The notes under the pieces were generated by a model. It saw nothing but the letters and a program-made list of their open reading frames with translations. It was not told where the DNA came from and searched no databases. From SAR86 cluster bacterium (GTDB lineage: Bacteria; Pseudomonadota; Gammaproteobacteria; Magnimaribacterales; D2472), in the NCBI GenBank assembly GCA_029254395.1, contig JAQWXQ010000065.1:1-44216 (forward strand): DNA of 44,216 bases, written 5' to 3'. Of the stretch, positions 29,351-40,508 are shown one piece after another; within the stretch, counting starts at the first letter, position 1; each line of letters opens with the position of its first letter. Both the position numbers and the translations under genes were made by a program.

Positions 29351-30529
29351 CTATATCTTTTTTATAATAGTTGCATTAGCTGTACCGCCGCCTTCACAAA
29401 TAGCTTGAAGCGCATATTTCCCATTTCTTCTCTCTAGCTCATGAAGTAAAGTAGTCATTAATTTAGTTCCAGTAGATCCAAGTGGGTGGCCTAGTGAAAT
29501 TGCTCCACCATTAACATTAAGCTTTGAAATATCTGCTCTCAATTCATGTGCCCATGCCAATGGAACAGGTGCGAATGCTTCATTTATTTCATACAAATCC
29601 ATATCATCGATTGAAAGATTAATATTTTTTAATGCAGATATGGAAGCAGGTATAGGACCAGTTAACATAAATACTGGGTCATCACCTACCACTGATAAAG
29701 AAATTATTTCAGCCCTTGGATCAACTTTAATTTTTTTAAGCCCAGCATCATTACAAACCATAACTGCAGAAGCGCCATCAGTTATTTGACTAGCATTTCC
29801 TGCCGTTATAAGCCCTTCATCAATGACTGTTTTTAGTCCAGACAATGCCTCTAGTGAAGCATCATATCTAATACCTTCATCTTGATAAATTAGAGATCCA
29901 GTATTTGCGTCAGACCTTGATTCAATAGCTAAAATCTCATTTTTGAAAAAGCCTTGCTCTGATGCGTAAGCAGCCTTTTGGTGACTTAATAGTGCAAAAT
30001 TATCTAAATCTTCCCTACTTAAATTCCATTTTTTTGCAACTAGCTCTGCACCTGTGAATTGAGAAAAAAACACTCCAGGGTATCTAGATTCAATACCAGC
30101 AGCATTAAAGGGAAATCCATGACCTGCATCATAACCATCTTTCACACTAGCTCCAATCGGAACCAAAGACATAACCTCAACGCCACCTGCTATAACAACA
30201 TCTTGTGTCCCAGACATAACAGCTTGCGCAGCAAAATGGAGTGCTTGTTGTGATGATCCGCATTGACGATCAACTGAAGTTCCAGGAACTGATTCAGGTA
30301 GTGAAGAAGCTAGAATAGAATTTCTGGCTATATTTCCAGATTGAGCCCCAACTTGATCAACACAACCAAATATTACATCGTCTACATCTTTGGGTTGAAT
30401 GCCAGTTAAATTGACAAGCTCATCTAAAACAACAGCACCCATGTCAGCTGGATGCCATTTACTCAAGCTACCATTTTTCTTACCACCTGGTGTTCTTACT
30501 GCAGCAACAATATAAGCTTTTTCAGCCAT
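29351..30529 (-). CDS. acetyl-CoA C-acyltransferase (thiolase)
   Basis: DRQCGSSQQ (catalytic Cys), NEAF, GHPLG, CEGGG motifs. Confidence 0.95.
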   Translation of the reverse strand: MAEKAYIVAAVRTPGGKKNGSLSKWHPADMGAVVLDELVNLTGIQPKDVDDVIFGCVDQVGAQSGNIARNSILASSLPESVPGTSVDRQCGSSQQALHFAAQAVMSGTQDVVIAGGVEVMSLVPIGASVKDGYDAGHGFPFNAAGIESRYPGVFFSQFTGAELVAKKWNLSREDLDNFALLSHQKAAYASEQGFFKNEILAIESRSDANTGSLIYQDEGIRYDASLEALSGLKTVIDEGLITAGNASQITDGASAVMVCNDAGLKKIKVDPRAEIISLSVVGDDPVFMLTGPIPASISALKNINLSIDDMDLYEINEAFAPVPLAWAHELRADISKLNVNGGAISLGHPLGSTGTKLMTTLLHELERRNGKYALQAICEGGGTANATIIKKI

Positions 30530-30530
30530 A

Positions 30531-30568
30531 ATAATCCTTATTAAATTAGTCTAATAAGGATTATAACA
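30531..30568 (-). promoter_or_regulatory. 13-bp inverted repeat overlapping an extended -10 (TGTTATAAT) and the thiolase Shine-Dalgarno
   Basis: ATAATCCTTATTA (30531-30543) and TAATAAGGATTAT (30552-30564) in the recA-thiolase gap. Confidence 0.55.
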
Positions 30569-30573
30569 AATAT

Positions 30574-31593
30574 TTATTTTGTATCTTTAGATTTTGCCTT
30601 TGATGCTATATAAGATGATCTTATTTCGCTAATAAGCTCGTCTCTAATTTTTGTATTTTCTTTAAGATATATGCTTGCTTTAACTTTGCCTTGCCCAATA
30701 GTCTCTCCATTTAACTTATAAAAGGCACCTGACTTATCTACTAAACCGAGCTTATGACCAAAATCAAGTATTTCTCCTTCTTGATTAATACCTAAGCCAT
30801 ACATTATTTGAAACTCAGCCTGTTTAAATGGAGGTGAAACTTTATTTTTTACGACTTTTACCCTAGTTTCATTACCCATAACCTCATCACCTTCTTTTAC
30901 TGATCCTATCCTTCTTATATCTAGACGAACAGACGAGTAAAATTTGAGAGCATTTCCACCAGTAGTAGTTTCTGGACTTCCAAACATCACACCAATTTTC
31001 ATTCTAATCTGGTTAATAAATACCACCGTGGCTCCAGATCTTTGTATGTTGCCGGTTATCTTTCTTAGAGCCTGAGACATTAATCTGGCTTGAAGTCCAA
31101 CGTGATGATCACCCATCTCTCCCTCTATTTCTGCTCTTGGAACTAAGGCTGCTACAGAGTCGATTATGACTAAGTCAACACTTTTAGATTTTACTAACAT
31201 GTCAGCAACTTCTAGCGCTTGTTCACCGGTATCTGGTTGTGATAACAACAGCTCATCCACATTGACTCCAAGTTTTTCAGCATATTGCGGATCTAAAGCA
31301 TGTTCTGCATCAATAAATGCACAAGTACCACCTGCTTTCTGACACTGAGCTATTATTTGAAGTGTTAAAGTTGTTTTACCAGAAGATTCTGGTCCGTATA
31401 TTTCAGTAACTCTTCCTTTTGGAATCCCGCCAATGCCAAGGGCAATGTCTAAACCTAATGATCCTGTTGAGATTGATGGTATATCTACAAGCTCTTTATC
31501 GCCCATCCTCATAACAGTTCCTTTCCCAAACTGACTGTCTATGTCAGCCAAAGTTTCCTTTAATGATTTTTTTGTGTCTTTTAATTTAGCCAT
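30574..31593 (-). CDS. recA: recombinase RecA
   Basis: [55 protein letters not shown]. Confidence 0.99.
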   Translation of the reverse strand: MAKLKDTKKSLKETLADIDSQFGKGTVMRMGDKELVDIPSISTGSLGLDIALGIGGIPKGRVTEIYGPESSGKTTLTLQIIAQCQKAGGTCAFIDAEHALDPQYAEKLGVNVDELLLSQPDTGEQALEVADMLVKSKSVDLVIIDSVAALVPRAEIEGEMGDHHVGLQARLMSQALRKITGNIQRSGATVVFINQIRMKIGVMFGSPETTTGGNALKFYSSVRLDIRRIGSVKEGDEVMGNETRVKVVKNKVSPPFKQAEFQIMYGLGINQEGEILDFGHKLGLVDKSGAFYKLNGETIGQGKVKASIYLKENTKIRDELISEIRSSYIASKAKSKDTK

Positions 31594-31604
31594 TTATTAC
31601 TCCT

Positions 31605-31624
31605 TACTGTATATATATACAGTA
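31605..31624. promoter_or_regulatory. LexA (SOS) box upstream of recA
   Basis: TACTGTATATATATACAGTA, identical to the gammaproteobacterial consensus TACTG(TA)5CAGTA, abutting the recA AAGGAG Shine-Dalgarno. Confidence 0.93.
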
Positions 31625-31729
31625 TAAACTTTTATTTAAAATAAATACAACTTTAATTAAAATTATATATATTTTTTATGTTTAATAACTTAAAGTCTTT
31701 TTTTTAATTTTAAGTTATTATTTTATCTT

Positions 31730-32053
31730 ATGACATTTGTAGTTACTGAGTCTTGTATAAAGTGCAAATACACTGATTGTGTAGAGGTTTGTCCAGTTGA
31801 TTGTTTTTATGAAGGCCCAGAATTTTTGGTCATCCATCCAGATGAATGTATTGATTGTGCTCTTTGCGAACCAGAATGCCCTATTGATGCAATTCTGTCT
31901 GAAGATGAGCTACCAGATGATCAAATAGAGTTTATTGAAATTAACGCTAGGCTCTCAGAGGTTTATGAAAATATTGTTGAGGCCAAGGACCCCCTTCCAG
32001 ATGCAAAAAAATTTGAGACAGTAGAAAATAAACGAGATTTTCTAGATTTATAG
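31730..32053 (+). CDS. fdxA: 7Fe ([3Fe-4S][4Fe-4S]) ferredoxin FdxA
   Basis: [40 protein letters not shown]. Confidence 0.96.
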   Translation: MTFVVTESCIKCKYTDCVEVCPVDCFYEGPEFLVIHPDECIDCALCEPECPIDAILSEDELPDDQIEFIEINARLSEVYENIVEAKDPLPDAKKFETVENKRDFLDL

Positions 32054-32788
32054 ATTTTCAAATGGGAATATTAATATTCCACTTAATAAAATTAATGCTG
32101 TAAAAAAAGTCATGATCTCTTTTTTTCTAATTTCCAGCAATGAATTTAGTAATTTTGGCATTGTAATCAAAGAAATTAAGCAGCCAAATGCAAATGGAAT
32201 AATTATTGAAAAATTAAGCATTGCTATAGATCCTATAATAATCTCATAAACTCCAAATGATAATAAAATTGCGCTTCCTGATATGCCTGGTAAAAGAAAA
32301 AATGTGAAGGCAATAAAACCCGTTAAAAAGATATAACCATTTGAAATATTTCCCGGAGAAATGCTGATTTCTTTTAAAGTCAATGCCAATAAAATCCCAG
32401 CAAAGAAATAAATATCAAATTTAAAGTTGTTATCAAATTCAGCTCTTACCCTCATCCCTATAATTACAGCAACGAGACACATTAAAATACTTATAAAAAC
32501 CAAAAAATATTCTGTATAAGATGTGTACAAAACAAGTATCAACTTTGATGCGAGAATTACACTAATCATCATGGAGGCTAGAAAAGGAACTATTAAATCT
32601 AGGAAGAATATTTTATTTAATTTTTTAATATCCCAAGTTAGATTAGAAAGCCGAAGATTAGAAAGAAATAGAATGAACTTATCATAAACATTAAAGGCAA
32701 GTGCAATCGTAGAACCTGATACACCTGGAAGTAATTCAGCGATACCTACAAAAAAACCTGAAACAATAAATCTTAGCCTTTCGTTCAA
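32048..32788 (-). CDS. DUF368 family membrane protein (undecaprenyl-phosphate translocase type)
   Basis: Two re-entrant motifs, [11 protein letters not shown] and [11 protein letters not shown], in a hydrophobic protein. Confidence 0.88.
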   Translation of the reverse strand: MNERLRFIVSGFFVGIAELLPGVSGSTIALAFNVYDKFILFLSNLRLSNLTWDIKKLNKIFFLDLIVPFLASMMISVILASKLILVLYTSYTEYFLVFISILMCLVAVIIGMRVRAEFDNNFKFDIYFFAGILLALTLKEISISPGNISNGYIFLTGFIAFTFFLLPGISGSAILLSFGVYEIIIGSIAMLNFSIIIPFAFGCLISLITMPKLLNSLLEIRKKEIMTFFTALILLSGILIFPFENL

Positions 32789-33468
32789 GAATCTAACCCA
32801 TCTTCAGACTTACCTGGGAGCATTGGTACAAATGAAACATCATCATACAAATCTTGCTCAACTTCATTGCTGGATATTTTATTAATAACATTTAACTTTT
32901 GTGATTTTGAATTACCGACAGGTATAACTATTTTTGCTGATACATTTAAACTATCAACCAGCTCATGAGGGTACTCCCTTGGTGCAGCAGCACAAATAAC
33001 ACCATCATATTTTATCGTATTGTCCCAGTCCTCAAAACCATCTCCATATATTAATTCTACATTTCTAATTTTTAGTTCATTTAAGTTTTCTCTAGCCTTA
33101 TTAACCAAAGGTTTGATTCTTTCTATGGAGTAAATATTTTCACAAAAATATGATAGTACAGCTGTCTGGTATCCACACCCTGTTCCAAGCTCCAAAACAT
33201 TATTTAGAATTTTTCCTCTAGCTTTTGTGTGCGATATTAAAAGTTCAGTCATTTTTGCAACAATATATGGTTGAGATATAGTTTGTTTATACCCAATGGT
33301 CAATGATCTATTTTCATATGCCCTAGACCACAAAGCTTCATCTATAAATATATGTCTTGGTACTTGCGAAATTGCATCTAGAACCCTGAAATCTTTAATA
33401 CCCATATTAAGAAGGTTTTCTATCATCTCTTCTCTAACTCTTCTGAATGTAAAGCCTGAATTAATCAT
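32785..33468 (-). CDS. pcm: protein-L-isoaspartate O-methyltransferase
   Basis: VPRHIF, QTISQPYIVAKM, LELGTGCGYQTA, FVPM; follows surE. Confidence 0.96.
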   Translation of the reverse strand: MINSGFTFRRVREEMIENLLNMGIKDFRVLDAISQVPRHIFIDEALWSRAYENRSLTIGYKQTISQPYIVAKMTELLISHTKARGKILNNVLELGTGCGYQTAVLSYFCENIYSIERIKPLVNKARENLNELKIRNVELIYGDGFEDWDNTIKYDGVICAAAPREYPHELVDSLNVSAKIVIPVGNSKSQKLNVINKISSNEVEQDLYDDVSFVPMLPGKSEDGLDS

Positions 33469-34205
33469 AAAAACTTTTTAAAATTCTCTGAAAGATTATT
33501 ATTTACAAGGTCGTAGTCCAAAATTGAAATAGATACATACCCGTCTTCAATTGCTTTAGCATCTGTTAGATGATCTTCTTGAATGGGCTCCCCTGATAGA
33601 TTGTATCTATATTTGGTAATGGTATCAGAGGATTTAACTGATAGTGGTTTGCTGGGAATACCATTTACTGCAAGGGTGGTGATTTTAATTCCTTTAAAAT
33701 CATCTTCACAAATATCAGGTAAGTTGACATTAAAAACCTTACCTTCATACCCTTTTGAAGAATTTACTATTAAATCAATAATTTCTGCTGATTTTTTTGC
33801 AATATAGCTTTTGTCTTTGCAATCATATGATGCTACTGATAATGCAATTGGAGGATATTTGAGCTTTCTACCTCCAATGGCTGCGCCAACAGTTCCAGAA
33901 TATAAAACATTATTTCCGATGTTAGCTCCATGATTAATTCCTGAAATAACAATATCAAACTCAAAATCAACCATGCCTAATAATCCAAAATAAGCACAGT
34001 CAGCTGGCGTTCCATCTACAGAATAAATTTTGTCACTAACCTTTTCAATTTCAGTTTCTTTTAAAAAAGATATTGCAGCGCTCATGCCACTACAATTATT
34101 TTTTGGAGCTATCATCCAGACCTCGTGATCTTTAACAAGCTCTTGATATAGACAATTGATATTCTCTGCTTTGTATCCATCATCATTAGTAAGTAGTATT
34201 TTCAT
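33465..34205 (-). CDS. surE: 5'/3'-nucleotidase SurE
   Basis: ILLTNDDG, GTPADC, SGINHGAN, YSGTVGAA. Confidence 0.97.
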   Translation of the reverse strand: MKILLTNDDGYKAENINCLYQELVKDHEVWMIAPKNNCSGMSAAISFLKETEIEKVSDKIYSVDGTPADCAYFGLLGMVDFEFDIVISGINHGANIGNNVLYSGTVGAAIGGRKLKYPPIALSVASYDCKDKSYIAKKSAEIIDLIVNSSKGYEGKVFNVNLPDICEDDFKGIKITTLAVNGIPSKPLSVKSSDTITKYRYNLSGEPIQEDHLTDAKAIEDGYVSISILDYDLVNNNLSENFKKFL

Positions 34206-35344
34206 TATTTATCTTTGAGATTTACAAGGGATTGAACAGATATTGCCTTATTTTTTCCAATAATACCAAGCTTTTCTGCTGTAGTTGCCTTTAGCCCTAT
34301 TTTTGATTCAGGGATACCTAAAATTTGACTGAGACTCTTGAGAATATTGTCTCGAAACGGATTAATTTTTGGTTGCTCACAAATAATAGTTGAGTCTATA
34401 TTGTAAATTTCCATACCAATTGATTCAATTTTATTTAGACAAAACTCAATTATTTTTTTACTATCAAGACCTTTATTATTGATATCTTGATCTGAGAAAA
34501 AAATACCTATATCCCCTAGCGCTGAAGCCCCTAAAATTGAGTCAGCAATTGAGTGAAGAAGCACATCACCATCAGAATGGGCAATAATACTATATTCACA
34601 AGGGACCTTAAAACCCCCTAGAGTTATACCATTACCCTCTTGGTATCTATGAACATCAAAGCCAGTTCCTGTTCTTGTATTAAATTTTGACAACAGCTTT
34701 AAGTCGTCTTTGTAGGTAATTTTTATATTTGAGCGAGAGCCAAGAATTCTACTTACATTAAAGCCACTATATTCTAAGGCAAATGACTCATCTGGAACAT
34801 TCACACCATCGGAAATGCACAATTGCAATGATTGTTTTAAATCATGAAAACTGCATACTTGCGGTGTTTGAGCTAAAAAATATTCATTTTTATCAACCGT
34901 TCCTAACTCTTTTGATCTAAGTGAGTCTGAAATTGGAATATACGGGAATGAACCAGAAGATTTGCTTTCCATTAAATTTTCCAATAATTTACTAATAATT
35001 GTGTAAGAAAAATTAGGCCTTGCAGCATCATGGACCAGAACGTAATCATAGCCATTTGCGCATTCATGATTCAAAGCATTATTAACAGATTCTGCTCTTG
35101 AAGAGCCTCCATTTATAAGTTGTATGGTTTTATTTTTATAAAAATTTTGATTTTTAATATACCTATCGCCTTCTGAAATAACAATTATAAGCTTATCAAT
35201 TAATTTTGATTTAAGCAGCTCATTAACAGTGTTTTCAATAACAGAAAGTGCATTCAATTGGGCATATTGTTTTGGTTTTTTTTCACCAAATCTATGGCCT
35301 ATTCCAGCAGCAGGAATAACTGCTAAGATTTTTTTAATTTTCAT
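34205..35344 (-). CDS. ispDF: bifunctional IspD/IspF
   Basis: IspD motifs (IPAAGIGHRF..KPKQY, LVHDAARP, AQTPQ, NIKIT) in one frame with IspF motifs (GTGFDVH, HSDGDVLLH, GDIG, KATTAEKLG). Exact start uncertain. Confidence 0.93.
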   Translation of the reverse strand: MKIKKILAVIPAAGIGHRFGEKKPKQYAQLNALSVIENTVNELLKSKLIDKLIIVISEGDRYIKNQNFYKNKTIQLINGGSSRAESVNNALNHECANGYDYVLVHDAARPNFSYTIISKLLENLMESKSSGSFPYIPISDSLRSKELGTVDKNEYFLAQTPQVCSFHDLKQSLQLCISDGVNVPDESFALEYSGFNVSRILGSRSNIKITYKDDLKLLSKFNTRTGTGFDVHRYQEGNGITLGGFKVPCEYSIIAHSDGDVLLHSIADSILGASALGDIGIFFSDQDINNKGLDSKKIIEFCLNKIESIGMEIYNIDSTIICEQPKINPFRDNILKSLSQILGIPESKIGLKATTAEKLGIIGKNKAISVQSLVNLKDK

Positions 35345-35633
35345 CATCCTTTTTCTTTTCAAAGATTATGAACTCTTCATCTGGATAGCTTAAACCCAGT
35401 CTCTCTCTAGCAAAGTTTTCAACATGTTCATCGGAACTTTGCGCACTTTGAATTTCAAAAATTAAAATATCATTTTTTGACTTCAACTGATTATTTTTAA
35501 TATGTTGAATGTTGTTATTGCTCACAAGACTTTCTTTGTGTGTATAGCTATTATCACCAAAAAAAATTGAGTAGCCCAGACCAAAAGAAATGGATATTAA
35601 AAGGGCTATGATTAAGTTAATTGCCCTTATCAT
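35334..35633 (-). CDS. ftsB: cell division protein FtsB
   Basis: TM helix, coiled coil, ENFARERLGL.YPDEEF; lies between eno and ispD. Confidence 0.88.
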   Translation of the reverse strand: MIRAINLIIALLISISFGLGYSIFFGDNSYTHKESLVSNNNIQHIKNNQLKSKNDILIFEIQSAQSSDEHVENFARERLGLSYPDEEFIIFEKKKDDEN

Positions 35634-36907
35634 TCAGGAAAACTAAAATTATTATTTTCCTCTTCAATCCATAATATGCGATTATATTTTGCCACTCTAT
35701 CAGATCTGCAGGGAGCTCCAGTTTTAATTTGACCAGCACCAAGGCCAATTGCCAGATCAGAAATTGTTGTATCCTCTGTTTCACCTGAACGATGAGATAT
35801 TATCGATTTATAGTTGTTTGAATTTGCTAAATGTATTGTTTCTATGGTCTCTGTAATGGTACCTATTTGATTAAATTTTATTAAAATAGAATTTGCGAGG
35901 CCTTGTTCAATTCCAGTTTTGAAAATATTTTTGTTTGTTACAAAAAGGTCGTCTCCCACAAGTTGGCATTTATGGCCAATTTTATCAGTCAACTCTTTCC
36001 AGCCATCAAAATCGTTTTCATCCATACCATCCTCTATAGATATGATTGGATATTTTTCAACAAGCTCTTCTAAATAAGAAACAAACTCTGATGGTGAAAG
36101 GCTTCTATCTTCACCTTTAAGGTTATATTTTCTTCCATCAAAAAACTCACTTGATGCGCAGTCAAGTGCAAGAAATATATCTTTTCCTGGAACAAGGCCT
36201 GACTGCTTAATTGCATCTAATATTAAAGTCAAAGCCTCTTCGTTAGACTTAAGATTAGGAGCAAAACCACCCTCATCACCAACAGCTGTCGAAAGAGATT
36301 TATTCTTTAGGATGTTTTTTAGATTCCAATATATCTCACTTGACCATCTCATAGCTTCACTAAAATTTGAGGCATTAGACGGGATTATCATAAATTCTTG
36401 AATGTCTATATTATTATCAGCATGCTCACCACCATTAAGAATATTCAACATTGGCATAGGTAGACTCGACTCGACACTTAACCTAGTTATGTCAGAATAT
36501 ACGTCACGAAAATGCTTGTGCAGTGGAATATTTTTTTTCTTTGCAGCGACATGGGAAATAGCTAATGAAACAGCAAGAATAGCATTTGCTCCAATGTTTG
36601 ATTTATCATCCGTGCCATCTAAGTCAATTAGCTTATGATCTATGAGTTTTTGATCTTGAGGGTTTAGATTTTTTAGAAGAGGGTTTATAAAATTATTAAT
36701 ATTATTTACAGCCTTGGTAACCCCTTTTCCCATAAAGGCACTACCACCATCTCTTAGCTCTAGAGCTTCTTTGGTCCCAGTGGATGCTCCACTAGGAACA
36801 ATAGCGCTTGCCTCTATTCCACAACTAAGTATTACTTTGCATGATACTGTTGGGAGGCCCCTAGAATCTAAGACTTGAATAGCTTTTATAGAATTAATCG
36901 TGCTCAT
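35630..36907 (-). CDS. eno: enolase
   Basis: VPSGASTG, GDEGGFAP, VGDDLFVTN, SHRSGETED, IKTG, RVAKYN. Confidence 0.99.
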   Translation of the reverse strand: MSTINSIKAIQVLDSRGLPTVSCKVILSCGIEASAIVPSGASTGTKEALELRDGGSAFMGKGVTKAVNNINNFINPLLKNLNPQDQKLIDHKLIDLDGTDDKSNIGANAILAVSLAISHVAAKKKNIPLHKHFRDVYSDITRLSVESSLPMPMLNILNGGEHADNNIDIQEFMIIPSNASNFSEAMRWSSEIYWNLKNILKNKSLSTAVGDEGGFAPNLKSNEEALTLILDAIKQSGLVPGKDIFLALDCASSEFFDGRKYNLKGEDRSLSPSEFVSYLEELVEKYPIISIEDGMDENDFDGWKELTDKIGHKCQLVGDDLFVTNKNIFKTGIEQGLANSILIKFNQIGTITETIETIHLANSNNYKSIISHRSGETEDTTISDLAIGLGAGQIKTGAPCRSDRVAKYNRILWIEEENNNFSFPE

Positions 36908-36912
36908 AATTA

Positions 36913-37751
36913 CTATTTAAGATTTAGATTTTCTTGATCTTTTATAAAAACATCAAGGTCCTTAATTTGCTTTAAAAAAGGTTCTATCATATCTAATTTT
37001 AATGCACACGGGCCGTCACATTTAGCATTATCTGGATCAGGATGTGCTTCCAGAAATAGCCCAGCTATACCTTGCGATATACCAGCTTTTGCAAGGCTCA
37101 AAAGATATTCACGCCTTCCACCAGCAGCATTTCCCAGACCACCAGGAAGCTGCAATGAATGTGTGACATCAAAAAAAACAGGTTTATCGAGATTTTTAAG
37201 AATTTGGAAATTCAAAGTGTCTACAATTAAATTATTATATCCAAATGAATTTCCTCTTTCACATAATGTAATTTTATTATTACCAGCTGACGCACATTTT
37301 TCTATTATGTTTTTCATCTCTGGAGCAGATAAGAACTGCGGCTTCTTGAATTGTATAATTGAATTAGTTTTAGCTGCAGCAGAAACTAGATCCGTTTGCC
37401 GAGCTAGGAAGGCTGGTATTTGTACTATCTCGCAAATTTCGCTTACTGGAGTAGCTTGATCAGGCTCGTGGATATCAGTAATAACAGGAATATCAAAGGT
37501 TTCCTTCACTTCTTGAAGTATTTTTAAGCCCTCGTCCATTCCGGGGCCTCTAAAAGAGTTTATCGAGCTTCTATTTGCCTTATCAAAAGATGCTTTAAAG
37601 ATATAGTTTATTTGCATTGATTCAGATACTTTTGCAAATTTTTCAGCGATTTTCATCGCAAGATCCCTGGATTCAAGAACATTCATTCCACCCATTAAGG
37701 TTAAATTTCCTTCATTTGATATTTCAAAATTTCTTAGTTTTAAATTATTCA

Positions 37752-37752
<1 letters not shown>
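36913..37752 (-). CDS. kdsA: KDO8P synthase
   Basis: [37 protein letters not shown]. Confidence 0.98.
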
Positions 37753-39413
<1,661 letters not shown>

Positions 39414-39452
39414 GATAACAATAGATAGTTAAATGGAAATAATAAAATACGG

Positions 39453-40508
39453 TTAATTATGGTATGTTTTTTTTACTCTAGATTTTATTCTTATCATTAG
39501 ATCATAAGATATTAAATCGTTAGGTATTGTAATGTTATTAATGCTTGATTCTGGTGAAAAAATTTCACAATAATCTCCAATTTTGCAATTTGTATGATCA
39601 GAAATATCTACCGTTGTAAGATCCATACTTACCTTACCAAATATTTTTGCTTTCTTTCCATTTACAAGAACTGAAGTTCCATCTTTTATATTTTGTGCTA
39701 AGCCATCTGCATAACCAATGTAAACAGTAGCAACGGTCATATCACAAATAGCTGTTGCTCTTCCATCATAACCTACAGAATCACCCTCCTTGATCTTCCT
39801 AATATTTACTATCGGTGATCTCAAGGTCATTGCTGTTTTAAGTTCATGCGTCCCAATATATCCTCCAAAAATACCTATTCCACATCTAACCCAATCATAT
39901 GAGTGATCTGGATAGTTAAATACACAACCTGTATTTGCTATGCTCTTAGAAACTTCTCCAGAAAGTTGATTAAAAACATTGTTAAATCTGGCAAATTGTT
40001 CATTATTACTTTTATTTTTTGGGTTATTAGAAGCAGCTAAATGAGACATAAGGACTATTTTTTTATCTTTTAAATGCTCATTATAAATTTGCAAAAATTC
40101 TTCTTCTTCGAAACCAAGCCTGTTCATTCCAGTATTGATCTTAAACCAAAGATTTTTGTAAAAATTATTTTTTTTGATTAACTCAAATTGCTCTTTATTA
40201 TGAATTACCAGATCGAGATTATGCTTTATTGCAATTTCTAAATCGTCTTCAGAATAGACTCCTGTCATTAAAAGTATTTTTTTATTAGACCTCTCTCTTA
40301 TTCTTATTGCTTCGCCTATTCGAACTGTCCCATACCCATCTACAAAGCAATCTATATGTTTCAATAAATTTTCCATGATGTGGCCATATGCATCAGATTT
40401 TATGACTGCCATAAAATTACTTTTATTTGGTATAAGGGCTTTAAGGTATTTAATGTTCTCTTGAACTATAGATGGATCAATTACTAGCTCAGATCTAAGT
40501 GATGTCAT
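39453..40508 (-). CDS. alr: alanine racemase
   Basis: AVIKSDAYGH (PLP Lys), KINTGMNRLG, VGYDG, GYADG, GKVSMD; follows dnaB. Confidence 0.95.
   Translation of the reverse strand: MTSLRSELVIDPSIVQENIKYLKALIPNKSNFMAVIKSDAYGHIMENLLKHIDCFVDGYGTVRIGEAIRIRERSNKKILLMTGVYSEDDLEIAIKHNLDLVIHNKEQFELIKKNNFYKNLWFKINTGMNRLGFEEEEFLQIYNEHLKDKKIVLMSHLAASNNPKNKSNNEQFARFNNVFNQLSGEVSKSIANTGCVFNYPDHSYDWVRCGIGIFGGYIGTHELKTAMTLRSPIVNIRKIKEGDSVGYDGRATAICDMTVATVYIGYADGLAQNIKDGTSVLVNGKKAKIFGKVSMDLTTVDISDHTNCKIGDYCEIFSPESSINNITIPNDLISYDLMIRIKSRVKKTYHN

Noticed and set aside
31610-31619. (TA)5 microsatellite / phase-variation tract
   Set aside because: Fully explained as the spacer of the LexA box.
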